Shown here one piece after another: positions 9,561 through 18,889 of a DNA stretch of 64,000 bases (the stretch's first letter is position 1; each line of letters opens with the position of its first letter). The DNA is taken from positions 2,335 through 66,334 of the forward strand of contig JAGOOP010000007.1 in assembly GCA_017992455.1 (NCBI GenBank). The letters run 5' to 3'. Below the pieces are notes generated by a model that worked only from the letters and a program-made list of their open reading frames with translations, made no database searches and had not been told where the DNA came from. The translations under genes and the position numbers were made by a program. This DNA is from Candidatus Omnitrophota bacterium. GTDB taxonomy: Bacteria; Omnitrophota; Gorgyraeia; Gygaellales; Profunditerraquicolaceae.

Positions 9561-11456
9561 TTACGATGAAAAATCACTTTTCTTAAAGGTCGCGACCGCC
9601 TCTTTCAGAAGCCGGCAATAGAGGTCGAATCCGACCGCGTTGATGAACCCGTGCTGCTCGGAGCCGAGGAGATTCCCCGCCCCCCTGATCTCAAGGTCTT
9701 CCATGGCGATCCTGAAGCCCGCGCCGAGATGGCTGTATTCCTCAAGCGCCTGCAGGCGTTTCGAAGCGACCGCGGATATCGACAGCGACCGCGGGACGAC
9801 GAAATACGCGTACGCCGGCCGGTCGAACCGGCCGACCCTGCCGCGCAGTTGATGCAGATCGGACAATCCGAATGTGTGCGCATTGTTAACGATGATCGTA
9901 TTGGCATTGGGTATATCGATGCCCGACTCGATGATCATCGTGCACAGGAGGATATCGATCCTGCCCTGCAGGAAATCAGCCATGACCGCTTCAAGCTCGG
10001 ACGAGGGCATCTGTCCGTGGCCGACGCGCAGGCGCGTCCCCGCAGGGACAAGCCGCTTGATCTTTTCCTGCAAGTTGTCAATATCCTCGATCCGGTTATG
10101 CAGAAAAAAGACCTGTCCCCCCCGGTCCAGCTCGCGCATGAGCGCCTGGCGCAGGATATCTTCATCATATTCTACCACGGCCGTCTTGATAGGCAATCTA
10201 TTTTCCGGCGGGGTGTTGATGACCGACAGGTCCCGCGCGCCCATAAGCGACATGTACAAAGTCCTGGGTATAGGCGTTGCCGTGAGCGTGATGACATCGG
10301 TCGTCAGGCGCAGGGTCTTGAGCTTTTCTTTTGCCCGCACGCCGAAACGCTGTTCTTCGTCTATGATGATAAGGCCGAGGTCCTTGAATTGCACGTCTTC
10401 CGAAAGCATACGGTGCGTGCCGATGACGATATCGACGCTGCCCCGGGCAATGCGCTCGATAATGGACTTCTGCTGTGCCTGGCTCCTGAACCGAGAGAGC
10501 ATCTCGACGTTGAGGGGAAAATCCTTCAGGCGGCCGGTGAAATTCTGGAAATGCTGCTCGGCAAGGATCGTCGTCGGCACCAGATACGCCACCTGCCGGC
10601 CGTCCATGACCGCCTTGAACGCCGCGCGCATCGCGACCTCAGTCTTGCCGTATCCAACGTCCCCGCATATGAGCCGGTCCATGGGCCGGTCGGTTTCCAT
10701 ATCCTGCCGCACCTGGCCGCAGACCGTTACCTGGTCAGGGGTCTCTTTATACGGGAAGGTCTTTTCAAAATCGCGGTGCCAGCCGGTATCAGGGGAAAAT
10801 GCGGGACGCTGCGTGCTCATGCGCAGCGCCTGCAGAGACAGCAGGTCCCAGGCGAGCTTTTCAATGCCTTTGCGCGCGCGCTGTTTGATCCTGAGCCATT
10901 CCTTGCTTCCGAGCCGGTTGAGCCTGGGCCTGCGCACGTGAAAAGCGATGTACTTCTGCACCAGATGCATGGACTCGACGGGAACGAAAAGCTTTTCCCC
11001 GCCTTCATACTCGATGACGAGATGGTCCCGCAGCCGGTCCTGTTTCCTGATCTTCTCGATGCCCTTGAACCTGCCGACGCCGTGATCGTTATGCACCACA
11101 TAATCGCCGGGATGGATATCGACGAAGTTCTCGAGGGGGAACTGCTCGGAGAAACCGCCGGGGCGCGCCGATGCGGTTTTTTTATACGGAAGGATGATGA
11201 CCATCCGGTGTTCCCAGAGGCTCGTGCCTTTGGCAGGGTCGAAAGTCCTGATGGAACCGATCGCATTCTCTGAAAATTCGATGCGGATGGGCAGTTCGAA
11301 GGTAAAAGCGAAAACGTCGAGGATATTGCCGCGGCGGGCGAAATCGCCTTCATGCAATACGGCGTCCCGGCGCTTATAGCCGAACTCGGCCAGCGCTGCG
11401 TTGAGCCGGTCGAAATCAAGCTCGGCGCCGACATAAAGCTTTAATGATCTGAACAT
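9561..11456 (-). CDS. mfd: transcription-repair coupling factor, unusually short (631 aa)
   Basis: Contains an RNAP-interacting CarD/TRCF motif (GDYVVHNDHGVGRFKGI). Helicase motifs are GDVGYGKTEVA, IIDEEQRFG, TATPIPRT and QLRGRVGR, followed by a TRG-type region (EIRGAGNLLGSEQHG). Only ~90 aa precede the RID, and these resemble UvrB domain 2 (RRGNILDVF...PIRIEF). Confidence 0.85.
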   Translation of the reverse strand: MFRSLKLYVGAELDFDRLNAALAEFGYKRRDAVLHEGDFARRGNILDVFAFTFELPIRIEFSENAIGSIRTFDPAKGTSLWEHRMVIILPYKKTASARPGGFSEQFPLENFVDIHPGDYVVHNDHGVGRFKGIEKIRKQDRLRDHLVIEYEGGEKLFVPVESMHLVQKYIAFHVRRPRLNRLGSKEWLRIKQRARKGIEKLAWDLLSLQALRMSTQRPAFSPDTGWHRDFEKTFPYKETPDQVTVCGQVRQDMETDRPMDRLICGDVGYGKTEVAMRAAFKAVMDGRQVAYLVPTTILAEQHFQNFTGRLKDFPLNVEMLSRFRSQAQQKSIIERIARGSVDIVIGTHRMLSEDVQFKDLGLIIIDEEQRFGVRAKEKLKTLRLTTDVITLTATPIPRTLYMSLMGARDLSVINTPPENRLPIKTAVVEYDEDILRQALMRELDRGGQVFFLHNRIEDIDNLQEKIKRLVPAGTRLRVGHGQMPSSELEAVMADFLQGRIDILLCTMIIESGIDIPNANTIIVNNAHTFGLSDLHQLRGRVGRFDRPAYAYFVVPRSLSISAVASKRLQALEEYSHLGAGFRIAMEDLEIRGAGNLLGSEQHGFINAVGFDLYCRLLKEAVATFKKSDFSS

Positions 11457-11532
11457 ACCGGTTACACCAAGCCCCTACGACCTCGCTCGGTATAAGCGAC
11501 GCGGTAGGGGCGGGGTATGCGGGCAAGAAAGA

Positions 11533-13734
11533 CTATTTGTCTTTTTTGCCGCTCATTGCCAGAACAAGAGGCGAGGCGATATATACGGTCGAATAGATAC
11601 CGGATATGAACCCGACAAGGAGCGTAAACGCGAAATTACTCAAGACCTCGCCGCCATATATCAGGATCGCGATAACGACAAGCAGCGTAATGCCGGACGT
11701 GAGCAATGTCCTGGCCAATGTCTGATTCACGCTCAGATTAATGAGCTCTTTCAAGGTCGCCTTGCGCAATAACCGGGCGTTCTCCCTGACGCGGTCATAG
11801 ATGACGATCGTATCGTTGATCGAATAACCGGCAATGGTCAAGAACGCCGTGACCGATAACAGGTCGATCTGCCTGCCCGTGAGCGCGAGCGCGCCCATTG
11901 CAACAAGCACGTCGTGAAGAAGCGCGACAACGCCGGCGACCGCAAAGTTGAAATGCTTGAACCTGAAACTGACGTACACGAGGATCCCGACAAGCGCCCA
12001 GATTAGGGCCGCGACCGCCTTGTCCTTCAGATGCTTGCCTGCAACAGGCCCGACACGCTCGATGCGCAGGATCTGGATATCTTCCTGCGTGAACACCGCC
12101 TTGAGTTTTTCGGTAATAGCGATATTCTTATCTTCTGATGTCCGTATCAGCACGACATTCGGGTTCTCCTTGAACTGCTGAATGGACGCGTCGGCAAGGC
12201 CGAGTTCCTTGAGCGCCGCGCGGATCTTTTCGACCTCGACCGGATTCTTGAAACTGTATTCCTGAAGCTGGCCGCCGGCAAAATCGATGCCGTAGACCTT
12301 TTTGCCCTGGCTGAAGAACGAGAACAATCCTGCGCCGATGACCACGGCCGAGATCGCGTAGAAAATATGCCGTTTGGCGATAAAATCGAATTTTGTCTCG
12401 CCGATAAGATTCATCATCGGAAGGGATCTGATCAGATTGAAATGCAGGCACAGCTCGAACAGGACCCGCGTTACGACGATCGCCGTGAACATGCTGGTGA
12501 TCAAACCGATGGTCAATGTAACCGCAAAGCCCCTGATCGGGCCGGTGCCGAACTGGAACAGAAAGAATGCAGCCAAAAGCGTCGTCAGGTTCGAATCGAA
12601 AATGGCGCTGAAGGCCTTTTCATAACCATTGGCGACCGCGGTCCTCAGGTTCCTGCCTGCGGCAAGCTCCTCCCTGATACGCTCGTTGATGAGGACGTTG
12701 GCGTCAACAGCCATGCCTAAGGAAAGCACAAGGCCGGCGATGCCGGGCAGGGTCATGGTCGCAGAGATCCCGTGGAACAATAAAGGCAGCATGCCGAGGA
12801 TCCCGAGCGTCAATAAAGCGTTCAACAGGATCGCCATGACGGAAAAAGTGCCCGCAACCAGGTAATAGGCGATCATTGCGATGAACACGAGCGCACAGCC
12901 GATGAGCGATGCCTTAACGCCGCTTTTGATGGAATCGGCGCCGAGCAAAGGCCCGACGGTCCGTTCTTCCTCGACCGTCATGGGAGCGGGAAGCGCGCCG
13001 ACGCGCAATATGAGCGCAAGGTCCGCTGCCTGGTCAGGATTGAACCGGCCGGTTATCACTGCCTCTCCCGAGGGGATCGCTTCTTTGATATTCGGCGCAG
13101 ACTGGACTTTGCCGTCGAGCACGATCGCCAGCCGCCTGCCGACGTTCGCCGCGGTGATCTCGGCGAACTTCTTTGCGCCTTCGGCATTGAATCTGATGGA
13201 AACGACCGGTTCGCCGAACCCGCTCTGGCTGAAGGTGACCTGCGCGTCGGTCAGGGAATCGCCGGTGAGCACTGCGGCCTGCTCAAGCAGGACCGGCTCG
13301 CTGTCCTCTTCGGTATACCTCAATTCATACCCTTCGGGCACCGTGCCCTCAAGGGCCGCTTTCATCTTGTCGTTGTCACGCTCGACGAGCTTGAACTCGA
13401 GCAGCGCGGTCCTGCCGATGACCTCGAGCGCCCGCTCCCGGTCGGTGATGCCCGGCAGCTGCACGACGATCTCATCCATGCCCTGCTTCTGGATGGATGT
13501 CTCCCTCACGCCGAACTGGTCGATGCGGTTGCGGATGACCTCGATGGCCCGGTCCGCCGCGTCTTCCCGGGCTTTTTCGCTGATCTTGGAGGTATCCACT
13601 TTCAAAAGCAGATGCATGCCGCCCTGAAGGTCGAGCCCCAGGTTGATGCGTTTATCGAGCGGGAACGCGAACCACGCGCACGCGCAGCAGATGCCCAGGA
13701 TGAGCGCTATCCTGAATTGAAGTTTTTTGTCCAT
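11533..13734 (-). CDS. secDF: protein translocase subunit SecDF (fused)
   Basis: 733 aa. The SecD-type N-terminus (LGLDLQGGMHLLLKVD) with periplasmic domain and 6 TM is followed by a SecF part (YGIDFAGGQL...). Confidence 0.9.
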   Translation of the reverse strand: MDKKLQFRIALILGICCACAWFAFPLDKRINLGLDLQGGMHLLLKVDTSKISEKAREDAADRAIEVIRNRIDQFGVRETSIQKQGMDEIVVQLPGITDRERALEVIGRTALLEFKLVERDNDKMKAALEGTVPEGYELRYTEEDSEPVLLEQAAVLTGDSLTDAQVTFSQSGFGEPVVSIRFNAEGAKKFAEITAANVGRRLAIVLDGKVQSAPNIKEAIPSGEAVITGRFNPDQAADLALILRVGALPAPMTVEEERTVGPLLGADSIKSGVKASLIGCALVFIAMIAYYLVAGTFSVMAILLNALLTLGILGMLPLLFHGISATMTLPGIAGLVLSLGMAVDANVLINERIREELAAGRNLRTAVANGYEKAFSAIFDSNLTTLLAAFFLFQFGTGPIRGFAVTLTIGLITSMFTAIVVTRVLFELCLHFNLIRSLPMMNLIGETKFDFIAKRHIFYAISAVVIGAGLFSFFSQGKKVYGIDFAGGQLQEYSFKNPVEVEKIRAALKELGLADASIQQFKENPNVVLIRTSEDKNIAITEKLKAVFTQEDIQILRIERVGPVAGKHLKDKAVAALIWALVGILVYVSFRFKHFNFAVAGVVALLHDVLVAMGALALTGRQIDLLSVTAFLTIAGYSINDTIVIYDRVRENARLLRKATLKELINLSVNQTLARTLLTSGITLLVVIAILIYGGEVLSNFAFTLLVGFISGIYSTVYIASPLVLAMSGKKDK

Positions 13735-13736
13735 GC

Positions 13737-14036
13737 TTACTTTCCTTCGCTGGTAGCGGGTTTTGTTTTCACGTGCGCGACAGCGGCCTTATCGACCTCG
13801 ATCTTGGCGTTGTCGTCGACCCTGATGATCACCGTCGTATCCTTGACATTGACGATCGTCCCGTGTATGCCGGAAGACGTCACGACTTCGTCGTTCTTCG
13901 CCAGCTTCGACAGAAGCGCTTTATGCTCCTTCTCGCGCTGTTTCTGCGGCCTTATGATCAGAAAATAAAAGATCCCGAAAATAAAGATAAACGGAACGAA
14001 CTGCATGATGGGGCTGACCTGCGTCTGTGGGGGCAT
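13737..14036 (-). CDS. yajC: preprotein translocase subunit YajC
   Basis: Start moved to the ATG at 14036. Reads FIFIFGIFYFLIIRPQKQREKEHKALLSKLAKNDEVVTSSGIHGTIV, the YajC signature. The track extension overlaps rpsP. Confidence 0.85.
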   Translation of the reverse strand: MPPQTQVSPIMQFVPFIFIFGIFYFLIIRPQKQREKEHKALLSKLAKNDEVVTSSGIHGTIVNVKDTTVIIRVDDNAKIEVDKAAVAHVKTKPATSEGK

Positions 14037-14038
14037 TA

Positions 14039-14296
14039 TCAGGCTCCTTGAGCTGTCTGGGACTTCGCTTTTTTCACGATCGCGGCGACGGCGGCGGTCG
14101 GCTTCGCGCCCTTCGAGACCCAATGATCATACCGGTCTATCCTGACCTTCGATTGTTTGGAAACGGGATTGTGGAAACCGATCTCTTCGATGAACCTGCC
14201 GTCCCGTGTCGTCCTCTCGTCAAAGACCGTGATGCGCCAATGCGGTTTCTTGATCGGGTTCTTGCCGATCCTTCTTAATCGTATCCTGACTGCCAT
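14039..14296 (-). CDS. rpsP: 30S ribosomal protein S16
   Basis: MAVRIRLRRIGKNP...GFHNP; 85 aa. Confidence 0.95.
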   Translation of the reverse strand: MAVRIRLRRIGKNPIKKPHWRITVFDERTTRDGRFIEEIGFHNPVSKQSKVRIDRYDHWVSKGAKPTAAVAAIVKKAKSQTAQGA

Positions 14297-14321
14297 GCCG
14301 TACTCCTTCCTTATTGTTGGA

Positions 14322-15812
14322 TTATTGAAGGGCCTCTACCAGTGCCCTTGCCTTGTTCTGCGTTTCGACATATTCCTTCGCGGGTACCGAATCCGCGACG
14401 ATACCGGCTCCCGCCTGTATATACGCGGTGCCGCCGACGACCGCCATGGTGCGCAGGGTGATGCACGTATCGAGATTGCCGGAAAAACTCACGTATCCGA
14501 CACAGCCGGCATAGGTGGACCGCCGCGTGTTCTCAAGCTCGTCGATGATCTCCATGGCGCGCACCTTGGGGCTGCCGGAGACCGTGCCTGCGGGAAAACA
14601 CGCGCGCAGGACGTCGTACACGTCGTATTTCGCATCGAGCGTCCCGTTCACTTCGCTCACCAGATGCATGACGTGCGAGTAACGCTCGACCGACATGAAA
14701 CTCGCCACCTTGACCGATCCGGGCCTGGCGACCCTGCCGATATCGTTCCTGCCCAGGTCCACAAGCATGAGATGCTCTGCTTTCTCCTTCGGATCGTTCA
14801 ACAACTCTTTTTCCAGGGCCGCGTCCTCGGCGTCCGTCCTGCCGCGCCTGCGGGTCCCGGCGATCGGGCGCGCCTGCACAAGGCCGTTCTCGCACCTGAC
14901 CAGAAGCTCAGGCGACGCGCCGATAAGCGTCACACGGTCAAGGCGCAGATAAAACATATAAGGAGACGGATTGAGACCCCGCAGAGAACGATACATATCG
15001 AACGGCTCGCGCGTGATCTTTGCCTTGAACCGCTGGGACAGGACGACCTGGATGATATCCCCTGCTTTTATGTACTCTTTGGCTTTATTCACTATACCAC
15101 AAAACCGGGATTTTTCAAAATTAGAACTTACGGACGCTTTGCCCCCTGCGCCGGCTGCCCTGCCCGCATCAAGCTCAGCGGCGCGTACGGGCCTGCGGAA
15201 ATCCTTATCGATCTCCTCGATCTGCTTCAACGCCTGGCGGTAACGGCGCGATTTCGCAGCGGCAGACAACGGCCTCCGGTCCGCGGGCAGGATCACGTTC
15301 ACGATGATCTTGAGCGTATGGTTGATATGATCGAACAGCAGGATCTTGTCGGTCAATATCAGGAACGTATCGGGGATATTAAGCTCGTCAGGGTTCCTGT
15401 CCGGGATATTCTCGATGAACCTGACATAATCATAGCCGATATACCCGACAAACCCGCCGTAGAACCGCGGCAGGCCCTTTATCTTCGCCGGCTTGAACCC
15501 CTGCATGATCTTCTTGATCTCATCAAGGGGGTCTTTTTCGGCAATATACCGGCGCACGGTCCCGCGGTCCCTCGTCTCGATATGCCTTCCCTTGCTCGAC
15601 AGTACAAAACACGGTTTGCTTCCCAGGAACGAATACCGCGCGATCTTTTCCTGCCCTTCAACCGATTCAAGCAGAAATGAATATTTATCCTTGGACAGCT
15701 TCAGGAAACACGATACCGGCGTATCGAGATCGGCATTGATCTCTTTATACACCGGGATCACATTCGCCCGGCGGCTCAATGAGAGGAATTCTTTTTGCGA
15801 AATATTGTACAT
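14322..15812 (-). CDS. trpE: anthranilate synthase component I family (chorismate-utilising enzyme)
   Basis: Start moved to the ATG at 15812 (MYNISQKEFLSL...). Has LESVEGQEKIARYSF and C-terminal chorismate-binding motifs (GTVSGSPKVRAMEII, YAGCVGY). No trpG is adjacent, so a PabB-type role cannot be excluded. Confidence 0.75.
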   Translation of the reverse strand: MYNISQKEFLSLSRRANVIPVYKEINADLDTPVSCFLKLSKDKYSFLLESVEGQEKIARYSFLGSKPCFVLSSKGRHIETRDRGTVRRYIAEKDPLDEIKKIMQGFKPAKIKGLPRFYGGFVGYIGYDYVRFIENIPDRNPDELNIPDTFLILTDKILLFDHINHTLKIIVNVILPADRRPLSAAAKSRRYRQALKQIEEIDKDFRRPVRAAELDAGRAAGAGGKASVSSNFEKSRFCGIVNKAKEYIKAGDIIQVVLSQRFKAKITREPFDMYRSLRGLNPSPYMFYLRLDRVTLIGASPELLVRCENGLVQARPIAGTRRRGRTDAEDAALEKELLNDPKEKAEHLMLVDLGRNDIGRVARPGSVKVASFMSVERYSHVMHLVSEVNGTLDAKYDVYDVLRACFPAGTVSGSPKVRAMEIIDELENTRRSTYAGCVGYVSFSGNLDTCITLRTMAVVGGTAYIQAGAGIVADSVPAKEYVETQNKARALVEALQ

Positions 15813-15823
15813 AAAACCGCGCC

Positions 15824-16159
15824 TTATATGATCCTGCGGTAAAAACAGCTCCGGTTGCCCGTGTGGCATGCGACGCCGACCTGCCTGACCTTGATCAAAA
15901 GCGCATCCTGGTCGCAATCATAAGCGATCGACTTGACGAACTGAAAATGTCCCGAGGTCATTCCCTTGACCCAGTATTCCTTGCGGGACCGCGACCAGAA
16001 ACATGTTTTCTTGCCCTTGAGCGTGCGGCGGACCGACTCAAGGTTCATATACGCGATCATGAGCACCTCGTTGCTGCGGTAATCCTGGATGATCGCCGGG
16101 ATCAGGCCTTTGTCGTCGAATTTCAGCGTTCTGATATCGAAATCTGATCTTTTTTTCAC
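15824..16159 (-). CDS. hisI: phosphoribosyl-AMP cyclohydrolase
   Basis: GLIPAIIQD...WSRSR...WVKG.TSG...[11 protein letters not shown]...[15 protein letters not shown] start in a GTGA overlap with the hisF stop. No HisE domain. Confidence 0.9.
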   Translation of the reverse strand: MKKRSDFDIRTLKFDDKGLIPAIIQDYRSNEVLMIAYMNLESVRRTLKGKKTCFWSRSRKEYWVKGMTSGHFQFVKSIAYDCDQDALLIKVRQVGVACHTGNRSCFYRRII

Positions 16160-16947
16160 TTCCTGCTCCTCTTGTCATTGTCTGTGCGCACGGGAATACC
16201 GTTCTTTTTCAAATAATGTTTGAGCCGGCAAATGTCAAGCTGGCGGTAATGGAACAGCGATGCCGCAAGGCACGCGTCTGCGCGGGCCCGGAGAAAACAA
16301 TCCCGGAAATGCTCCTGTGCCCCTGCTCCTCCGGATGCGATCACCGGGACCGTCACCGCATCGCAGACCGCTTTTGTCAGCGCAATATCATACCCGTCTT
16401 TCGTGCCGTCGCGGTCCATGCTTGTCAGCAATATTTCGCCTGCGCCCAGGCGCGCTGCCCGGACAGCCCAGGATACCGCCTCAAAACTCGTCCGGGTCCT
16501 GCCGCCGCGAGTATAAACGGACCAGCCTTGAGCGCCGGCCGATATGCATTTTTTCGCGTCGATCGCCACGACGATGCACTGGCTGCCGAATTTGGCAGCA
16601 GCACGGGCGATCAGGCCGGGATCCTGCACTGCCGAGGTATTGAGAGAGACCTTGTCGGCGCCGGCGTTTAACAGATCCCGTATATCCCTGACGGCCGAAA
16701 TGCCGCCGCCGACGGTGAACGGCATGAAGATGTTCTTGGCGATCTTTTCGACAAGCCTGGCGAGGGTCTTTCGCTTTTCATAGCTCGCCGTGATATCGAG
16801 GAACACGAGCTCATCGGCTGCCTGGCGGTCATATTCCCGGGCCGCGGCGACCGGGTCTCCGGCGTCGCGAAGGCCGAGGAACTTAACGCCTTTGACCACC
16901 CTGCCGTCCTTGATATCAAGGCACGGGATGATCCTCTTGGTAAGCAT
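16156..16947 (-). CDS. hisF: imidazole glycerol phosphate synthase, cyclase subunit
   Basis: [23 protein letters not shown]... and SGGAG motifs. Confidence 0.95.
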   Translation of the reverse strand: MLTKRIIPCLDIKDGRVVKGVKFLGLRDAGDPVAAAREYDRQAADELVFLDITASYEKRKTLARLVEKIAKNIFMPFTVGGGISAVRDIRDLLNAGADKVSLNTSAVQDPGLIARAAAKFGSQCIVVAIDAKKCISAGAQGWSVYTRGGRTRTSFEAVSWAVRAARLGAGEILLTSMDRDGTKDGYDIALTKAVCDAVTVPVIASGGAGAQEHFRDCFLRARADACLAASLFHYRQLDICRLKHYLKKNGIPVRTDNDKRSRK

Positions 16948-16955
16948 ACCCCGCC

Positions 16956-17393
16956 TTATTGCTTGTTCAGGAACGGCTCAAGCTGAGCCCAGGTCTTCTT
17001 GCCGACTTTTCCGTCGACCGTAAGGCCGTTGGCTTTCTGGAAATCCCTGATCGCCGAACGGGTCTGTTTGCCGAGTTTCCCGTCGATCTCGATCGTATAG
17101 CCCGCATTGCACAGCGCAGTCTGTATCTGTGTCGCGGACGGGACCGCCGAGCTTTCCGTAACTTTGCTCTCCTGGCGGGAGATCGCGTATCGCTCTTCGG
17201 TGGTCCTGCTCAATGCCTTGCGAAGGCTGTCGATCTCGGCGTCTTTCTGCTGCACCTGGCCCTGAAGATCGGAGACCTGGCTTTTCAGCGCCGCTGTTTC
17301 CGGATTCTCTTTTTTTCGCAGCGTCGCACAACCTGCAAGCGAAACCGCCGCGCACCCGACCACGAGCAACCGACCCACGGATATCAACTTCAT
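16956..17393 (-). CDS. lipoprotein with coiled-coil and C-terminal peptidoglycan-binding (PG_binding_1-like) domain
   Basis: Lipobox VSLAGC, then a Q/E-rich coiled segment. The C-terminus is [46 protein letters not shown]. Its ATG forms an ATGA overlap with the hisA stop. Confidence 0.7.
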   Translation of the reverse strand: MKLISVGRLLVVGCAAVSLAGCATLRKKENPETAALKSQVSDLQGQVQQKDAEIDSLRKALSRTTEERYAISRQESKVTESSAVPSATQIQTALCNAGYTIEIDGKLGKQTRSAIRDFQKANGLTVDGKVGKKTWAQLEPFLNKQ

Positions 17394-18139
17394 ACGCCCT
17401 CCTTCCGGTTTGTTTTTAAAATGTTCAACGCCTCTTTCAGCATAAACCGCTCCTCATACAGCGCCTTGCCGATGATCGCGCCGGTCAATCCCTTGGGCTC
17501 CAGACCGGAGAGCGCGATCACATCGTCGAGGCTTGCGACCCCGCCCGACGCTATGACCGAAATCCCCGAGCCCGACAACAACTCCTCCAGAGCCCTGATA
17601 TTGGGGCCGCGCAGTGTGCCATCTTTCGAGGTATCGGTGTAAATAGCTTCTGTAAAACCCATGGCTTTGAGCTCGATGCCGAAATCCACCGCTTTTTTCC
17701 CCGCGCTCGACTGTTCCTGCCATCCTTTGGTCATGACGATGCCGTTCCGCGCATCGATGCTGACGATCACCCGTGACCCGAATTCATCGCGCGCGCCGCG
17801 CAAAAAATCCCTGTCCTCGACCGCTTTGGTCCCGAGCACGGCCCGGGAAACGCCCAGCGCCAGGACCTGCCGGATACTTTCTGCCGTGCGCAGGCCGCCG
17901 CCGAATTCGATCGGGATATCGACCGCCTGCACGACCTTTTTCAGCCCGGCCAGGTTCTTCGGTTCGCCCGTGAACGCGCCGTCAAGATCCACGACGTGTA
18001 TGAGCGATGCTCCCTGTTTTTTCCAATGGCGCGCCACGACCTGCGGATTGCGGGAATACACCTTTTCGTCGTCCCTGCCCTGGTACAGCCGCACGACATT
18101 GCCGTCTTTCAGGTCTATAGCGGGAATAAGCTGTATCAT
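17390..18139 (-). CDS. hisA: 1-(5-phosphoribosyl)-5-[(5-phosphoribosylamino)methylideneamino]imidazole-4-carboxamide isomerase
   Basis: Start moved to the ATG at 18139 (MIQLIPAIDLKDGNVVRL). It forms an ATGA overlap with the hisH stop. The 82-codon track extension is Cys/Arg-rich and overlaps hisH. Confidence 0.9.
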   Translation of the reverse strand: MIQLIPAIDLKDGNVVRLYQGRDDEKVYSRNPQVVARHWKKQGASLIHVVDLDGAFTGEPKNLAGLKKVVQAVDIPIEFGGGLRTAESIRQVLALGVSRAVLGTKAVEDRDFLRGARDEFGSRVIVSIDARNGIVMTKGWQEQSSAGKKAVDFGIELKAMGFTEAIYTDTSKDGTLRGPNIRALEELLSGSGISVIASGGVASLDDVIALSGLEPKGLTGAIIGKALYEERFMLKEALNILKTNRKEGV

Positions 18140-18750
18140 AGTTTCACAAAATTTTCGATCATCGCAAGGCCGGTTGACTGGCTTTTTTCCGGATGGAACT
18201 GCATAGCGTACACATTTTCCTTCCAGACGACTGACGCGAACGGCCGGCCGTAATCGGTCGCAGCCGCAACGCATCGCGCATCGGCAGGCCGCGCATAATA
18301 CGAGTGGCAGAAATACACCGACGCCTGGTCCGGGATGCGCCTGAACAGCGGACAGCCGCGGCCGCGCAGGATGAGTTGATTCCATCCCATATGCGGGACT
18401 TTGAGGCGCGGTGTTGCCGTGAACCTGGCAACGGATCCTTTGAGGATGCCGAGGCCCTTGACCGCAGGGCTTTCCCTGCTCGATTCGAACAAAAGATGCA
18501 TGCCCAGGCAGATGCCGAGGAATATCCTGCCGCAGGCGATATGCTCTTTGACCGCATCCGCCAGCTTGCGCCTGCGCAGTTCTTTCATCGCATCCCCGAA
18601 CGCGCCCACGCCCGGCAGCACCACCTTATCCGCTTTGCGAATATCGAGCGGGTCGTTGGTAACCCTGACCCGGCCGCCTTTTGATTCCAAAGCTTTCCTG
18701 ACGCTGTGGATATTTCCCATCCCGTAATCGATGATCGTAATAGCAGCCAT
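18136..18750 (-). CDS. hisH: imidazole glycerol phosphate synthase, glutamine amidotransferase subunit
   Basis: ITIIDYGMGNIHSV, LPGVGAFG, GICLGMHLL (catalytic Cys) and QFHPEKS motifs. Confidence 0.9.
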   Translation of the reverse strand: MAAITIIDYGMGNIHSVRKALESKGGRVRVTNDPLDIRKADKVVLPGVGAFGDAMKELRRRKLADAVKEHIACGRIFLGICLGMHLLFESSRESPAVKGLGILKGSVARFTATPRLKVPHMGWNQLILRGRGCPLFRRIPDQASVYFCHSYYARPADARCVAAATDYGRPFASVVWKENVYAMQFHPEKSQSTGLAMIENFVKL

Positions 18751-18755
18751 ATGTA

Positions 18756-18889
18756 AGGGCTAAAAACGGGGTCAGAATTATTTATTAATGGGGTCGGAAT
18801 TATTTATTTACTCTTAACCATGGCGATCGGGAAATAAATAATTCCGACCCCATTAAGCCTTAAATAATTCTGACCCCGTTTTTAGCCTT
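18756..18889. repeat. nested double palindrome of repeat family A
   Basis: Outer arms 18758-18784 (GGCTAAAAACGGGGTCAGAATTATTTA) and 18861-18887 are perfect reverse complements. Inner arms 18787-18809 (AATGGGGTCGGAATTATTTATTT) and 18832-18854 are also perfect. The element fills the hisB-hisH gap. Confidence 0.9.

Noticed and set aside
9651-11273. 540-aa plus-strand ORF (and 9874..10941, 355 aa) opposite mfd
   Set aside because: It is an antisense shadow ORF in GC-rich DNA. The translation is Arg/Asp/Pro/His-rich low-complexity with no motif, whereas the minus strand encodes a fully conserved Mfd translocase.
11457-11532. 76-nt secDF-mfd gap with an imperfect GCCCCTAC...GTAGGGGC hairpin as a possible tRNA or small RNA
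   Set aside because: It has no cloverleaf, no T-loop GTTCRA motif and no U-run. It is at best a weak stem-loop and is not reported as a feature.
14157-15680. 507-aa plus-strand ORF opposite trpE
   Set aside because: This is the same shadow-ORF pattern (R/D/P/H-rich, no domains). The opposite strand encodes a clear chorismate-utilising enzyme.
18140-18385. Cys/Arg-rich 82-codon extension of hisA; similar extensions of yajC (to 14123), trpE (to 15917), pdxA (to 8681) and the cytochrome (to 56969)
   Set aside because: All of these extensions overlap the upstream gene. They lack an RBS and precede an internal ATG that gives the conserved N-terminus. That ATG often has a good Shine-Dalgarno or an ATGA coupling overlap.
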